From Fonticula alba ATCC 38817 (taxonomy: Eukaryota; Protista; Nucleariida): DNA of 7,503 bases. The stretch lies in NCBI GenBank assembly GCA_000388065.2, contig KB932212.1, one strand, 5' to 3'. The notes under the pieces are model-generated. The model had not been told where the DNA came from, made no database searches, and saw nothing but the letters and a program-made list of their open reading frames with translations. Position numbers and translations under genes: made by a program. The number at the start of each line of letters is the position of its first letter. Position 1 is the stretch's first letter. Positions 5,481 to 7,503 of the stretch are shown here, piece by piece.

Positions 5481-7501
5481 GACACGGGGCAAAAGGGCAA
5501 GTTGCACCACACACACACACACACACACACGGACAATGCGTTAGACCAAGCAGCCGCGCCACACCCCAGACGCCCGATGGTCAGCCGGTGGACAGGGGCG
5601 AGGCAATACCCGGGAAACCCACCCAGCCAGGCCCGGCAAATGGAGACACGCACCGAAATCCGTCTCATGGCAGGTGGAGATGATGGCGATCATCATGCGC
5701 TGGGCCTCCCGCTCGAGCTCCTCCTCATCGAGTCCCGGCGTGTGCGAGGCATGTGGCGTGCGCGGCGTGCGCGGCAGCGCGGCCTCCTCCTCGTCCAGAC
5801 ACTCGAAGTGGCCGATGGCATCCGTGCTCTCGGCCAACAGCTCGATGCTCTGGAGCACCGCCGCATAACGCGTCCGACAGAAGGCCGCCATGGTGGCCGA
5901 CGACCGGGGCGAAGGGAAGGACGGCAGGAGATACTCGGCATGCGTGGCCCCGGACTCGGCGCCAGCCCGGTGCATGTCATGCTCGAGCTGCGTTTGCGCG
6001 CGCGCGCGCACGGGAGAGAAAGAGAGAGAGAGGGGGAGAGAGAGAGAGAGAGAGCGCGCGCGCCGGCCGGTGGCACAACCTGCATGTCAGACAGGCGGCA
6101 AGGGCGGACAACAGGCCACACGCCATCCCCGTGGCACGCACCTTCGAACCAGCATGGTGGATGAGGAGATGCGCACACGCCAGCGACAGGGGCGTGGCCG
6201 AGCGAGGGTCGCAAAAGAAGTCCAGGCTGGTAGGCACAGGCACAAGGAGGGGGAAAATAATCGCCATGTTAGTGCCGACACTCGGGCGCAAGGAGTGCAG
6301 GGTGGCCAGGGGGCGGAGGGGGGGGGAGGAGGCATCACACGGCCCAACCCGACGCACCAGTCCAGGATGACGAACGGCGAGACCACATCAAACAGATAGA
6401 GCATGGCGTGGAACTTCACCAACGCCCCGTACGACTGGATCACGGTGAGCGAGGCGTCCTCCTCGCTGCCGGCGGGCCCGTCCTCCGGGGCCTGTATGCG
6501 TGCCATGTTAGAGTAGGTGCCATGGCCAGGAAAAGGCGGGACGAGGGGGGGGGGGGGGCACAGAGAAGCAAAGATGGAGAAGGAGAAATATATGCACTCG
6601 ATCGTCAGGACCACACACACACACACAGGGAGAGAGGGGGGGGAGGCGGCGAGAGGGAAAAGGTGGCACACATGAATGCGCACCATCAGCGACACGGACT
6701 CGGTCGGCGTCGACCGGAACACCAGACAACGCAGAACGTCGAAGAAAACCACCCGCAGGACGTCGTACAGCGGCTGCGGCGTCGGCAGCGAGGGGTGGCC
6801 CTGCTGCGGGAACACCCGGCGGCTTGAAGATGCCTGTCCCCGGGGGAGCTCGGCCAGCGGGTCAAAAGCATCCGCTCGGATGGCCTGGAAGTGCATGGTC
6901 AGAAAAGGGAAACCCGGGTCGAGGCACAGTGTGTGCGCGTGGGCGCGGGCGTGTGCATGTGCATGTGCGAAGGTGTAGCTGCATGCGTGCGGCCGTGCAC
7001 GCAGACCGCCCTCGAAGGACAGGACAACAGGAGGGACGTACATGGATGATCCGGTCAACCGAGGGCGAGGCCACGGTGCGCAGGCGGCCAGGCGCGCGAG
7101 CCCCATCCGGCCCGAGCAGCAGCCCAAACACATGGGCCAGCGCCTCGAGCGAGGTGATGTCGCTGGGGGGCGATCCGCCGTCCGGGGTGGCTGGCCGGTC
7201 GGCGGCCGGCTCCGCCACCACAACCACCGTTCTCCAGGCCGTGTGGTTGATGTAGTTCCCCAGAAGCAGGGACAGGTGCAGCACATCGACGAATGACACC
7301 AGCCGCGCGGCCAGATGCCGGTCAAACTGCGCCAGGAACAGGTGTCAGATCGGGTCTCGCACGGATCTCCCATCCGAAGCGCGGGCCGGGCCGGCCAGCA
7401 GGAGAAAGGCGAGCGAGGCAGCATGCGCGCACCCAGTCAGCCGCTTGATCGGTGGGAAGCTGCGCCAGCTTACCGGCGAACAGGGTAAACTGCCATCGAG
7501 G
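3462..7501 (-). CDS. 5'-partial spliced protein-coding gene, join(7501..7433,7326..7042,6884..6684,6491..6358,6226..6142,5987..5654,5425..3462); at least 1023 aa, uncharacterised
   Basis: All six introns start with GT and end with AG, and the phases (0,0,0,2,0,1) join into one open frame of 3072 nt ending in TGA at 3462-3464. Exons have GC3-rich codons; most introns carry homopolymers or microsatellites. The pieces match track ORFs 6862..7299, 6087..7424, 5977..6357, 5541..6011 and 3462..5528. Confidence 0.85.
4000..4062 (-). repeat. Coding 18-bp tandem repeat, 3.5 copies, encoding (PGSEGT)3-PG
   Basis: Plus strand CTGCCCGGCGTGCCCTCG at 4000 and 4018, variant CTGCCTGGTGTGCCCTCG at 4036, partial copy at 4054. 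Confidence 0.95.
5446..5479 (+). repeat. Poly-G homopolymer (34 nt), i.e. poly-C on the sense strand of intron 6
   Basis: Directly visible. Confidence 0.95.
5508..5530 (+). repeat. (CA)11 microsatellite in intron 6
   Basis: Directly visible. Confidence 0.92.
5654..5987 (-). CDS. Exon 6 (334 nt): LEHDMHRAG...STCHETDF(G)
   Basis: Acceptor CGCAG downstream of a (CT)n tract; phase-1 donor G|GTGCGT. Read-through hits a stop at 5541-5543. Confidence 0.82.
5988..6141 (-). other. Intron 5, 154 nt, GTGCGT...ACGCAG
   Basis: GT/AG ends, (CT)n tract flanked by (CG)n runs; the frame changes across it. Confidence 0.78.
5996..6063 (+). repeat. (CG)n-(GA)n-(CG)n compound microsatellite in intron 5
   Basis: GC-dinucleotide runs at 5996-6009 and 6054-6063 flank a GA tract at 6014-6054. 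Confidence 0.9.
6142..6226 (-). CDS. Exon 5 (85 nt): (C)LDFFCDPRSATPLSLACAHLLIHHAGSK
   Basis: Acceptor CTAAC...pyrimidine tract...CTACCAG whose phase 2 matches exon 4; donor AAG|GTGCGT. Confidence 0.82.
6227..6357 (-). other. Intron 4, 131 nt, GTGCGT...TACCAG
   Basis: GT/AG ends, CTAAC, pyrimidine tract; the frame changes across it. Confidence 0.82.
6358..6491 (-). CDS. Exon 4 (134 nt): APEDGPAGSEED...PFVILD(C)
   Basis: Acceptor CTCTAACATGGCACGCATACAG; phase-2 donor TG|GTGCGT. Confidence 0.82.
6492..6683 (-). other. Intron 3, 192 nt, GTGCGC...ATACAG
   Basis: GT/AG ends, CTAAC, (TG)n and a C14 run on the sense strand. Confidence 0.78.
6684..6884 (-). CDS. Exon 3 (67 aa): AIRADAFDPL...TESVSLM
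   Basis: Acceptor TTTTCTGACCATGCACTTCCAG; donor ATG|GTGCGC. Confidence 0.82.
6885..7041 (-). other. Intron 2, 157 nt, GTACGT...TTCCAG
   Basis: GT/AG ends, CTGAC near the 3' end, low-complexity GCACAT/CA repeats. Confidence 0.8.
7042..7326 (-). CDS. Exon 2 (95 aa): FDRHLAARLVSF...SVDRIIH
   Basis: Preceded by CTGAC...CTGTTCCTGGCGCAG, with an in-frame TGA upstream in the intron. Ends CAT|GTACGT. Confidence 0.8.
7327..7432 (-). other. Intron 1, 106 nt, GTGCGC...GCGCAG
   Basis: Donor, CTGAC branch-like motif and CAG are all present. The 5' boundary is ambiguous (7432 or 7473). Confidence 0.6.
7433..7501 (-). CDS. Exon 1 of visible model (5'-truncated): PRWQFTLFAGKLAQLPTDQAADW
   Basis: Open frame from 7501 ending at TGG|GTGCGC, the same donor type as the other introns. 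Phase 0 matches the acceptor at 7327. An alternative GTAAGC donor at 7473 in another frame is also phase-compatible. Confidence 0.55.
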
Positions 7502-7503
7502 GG

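Larger units (their letters stand above)
5426..5653 (-). other. Intron 6, 228 nt, GTGCGT...GCAAAG
   Basis: GT/AG ends, (TG)11 and C34 on the sense strand, CTCAC just before the AG, and an in-frame stop inside. Confidence 0.78.

Noticed and set aside
6978-6981. Alternative acceptor GCATGCAG inside intron 2
   Set aside because: Using it leads to TGA at 6862-6864, and it lacks the CTRAC motif that precedes the 6885 acceptor.
6087-7424. 445-aa ORF taken as a single unspliced CDS
   Set aside because: Only the exon 3 and 4 portions are in the coding frame; the rest is intron or off-frame exon sequence.

Overview
GC-rich (roughly 70% by eye) eukaryotic genomic DNA, probably from a microbial eukaryote; it is not prokaryotic. 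The right half (3462-7503) holds the 3' part of one spliced minus-strand gene that the ORF track splits into several frames. I can join 7 exons and 6 GT-AG introns (106-228 nt; donors GTRCGY; mostly CTRAC/CTCAC branch-like motifs) with consistent phases into a 3072-nt reading frame, giving at least 1023 aa ending ...VPVPRFKKD-TGA at 3462-3464. The 5' end lies beyond the window. The protein has a helical/hydrophobic N-terminal part with a weak, unverified resemblance to a TBC/Rab-GAP C-terminal subdomain. It then has a roughly 480-aa Pro/Ala/Ser/Gly/Glu-rich disordered linker and a hydrophobic/amphipathic tail. I cannot name the gene. The left half (1-3461) is mostly non-coding-looking, with long C/G homopolymers, microsatellites, a 316-N assembly gap (1682-1997), a CATG-rich island with a perfect 16-bp palindrome, and a few weak plus-strand exon candidates. 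I found no rRNA, tRNA, CRISPR array or transposon, and no clearly supported novel system. Most track ORFs are GC or low-complexity artefacts.
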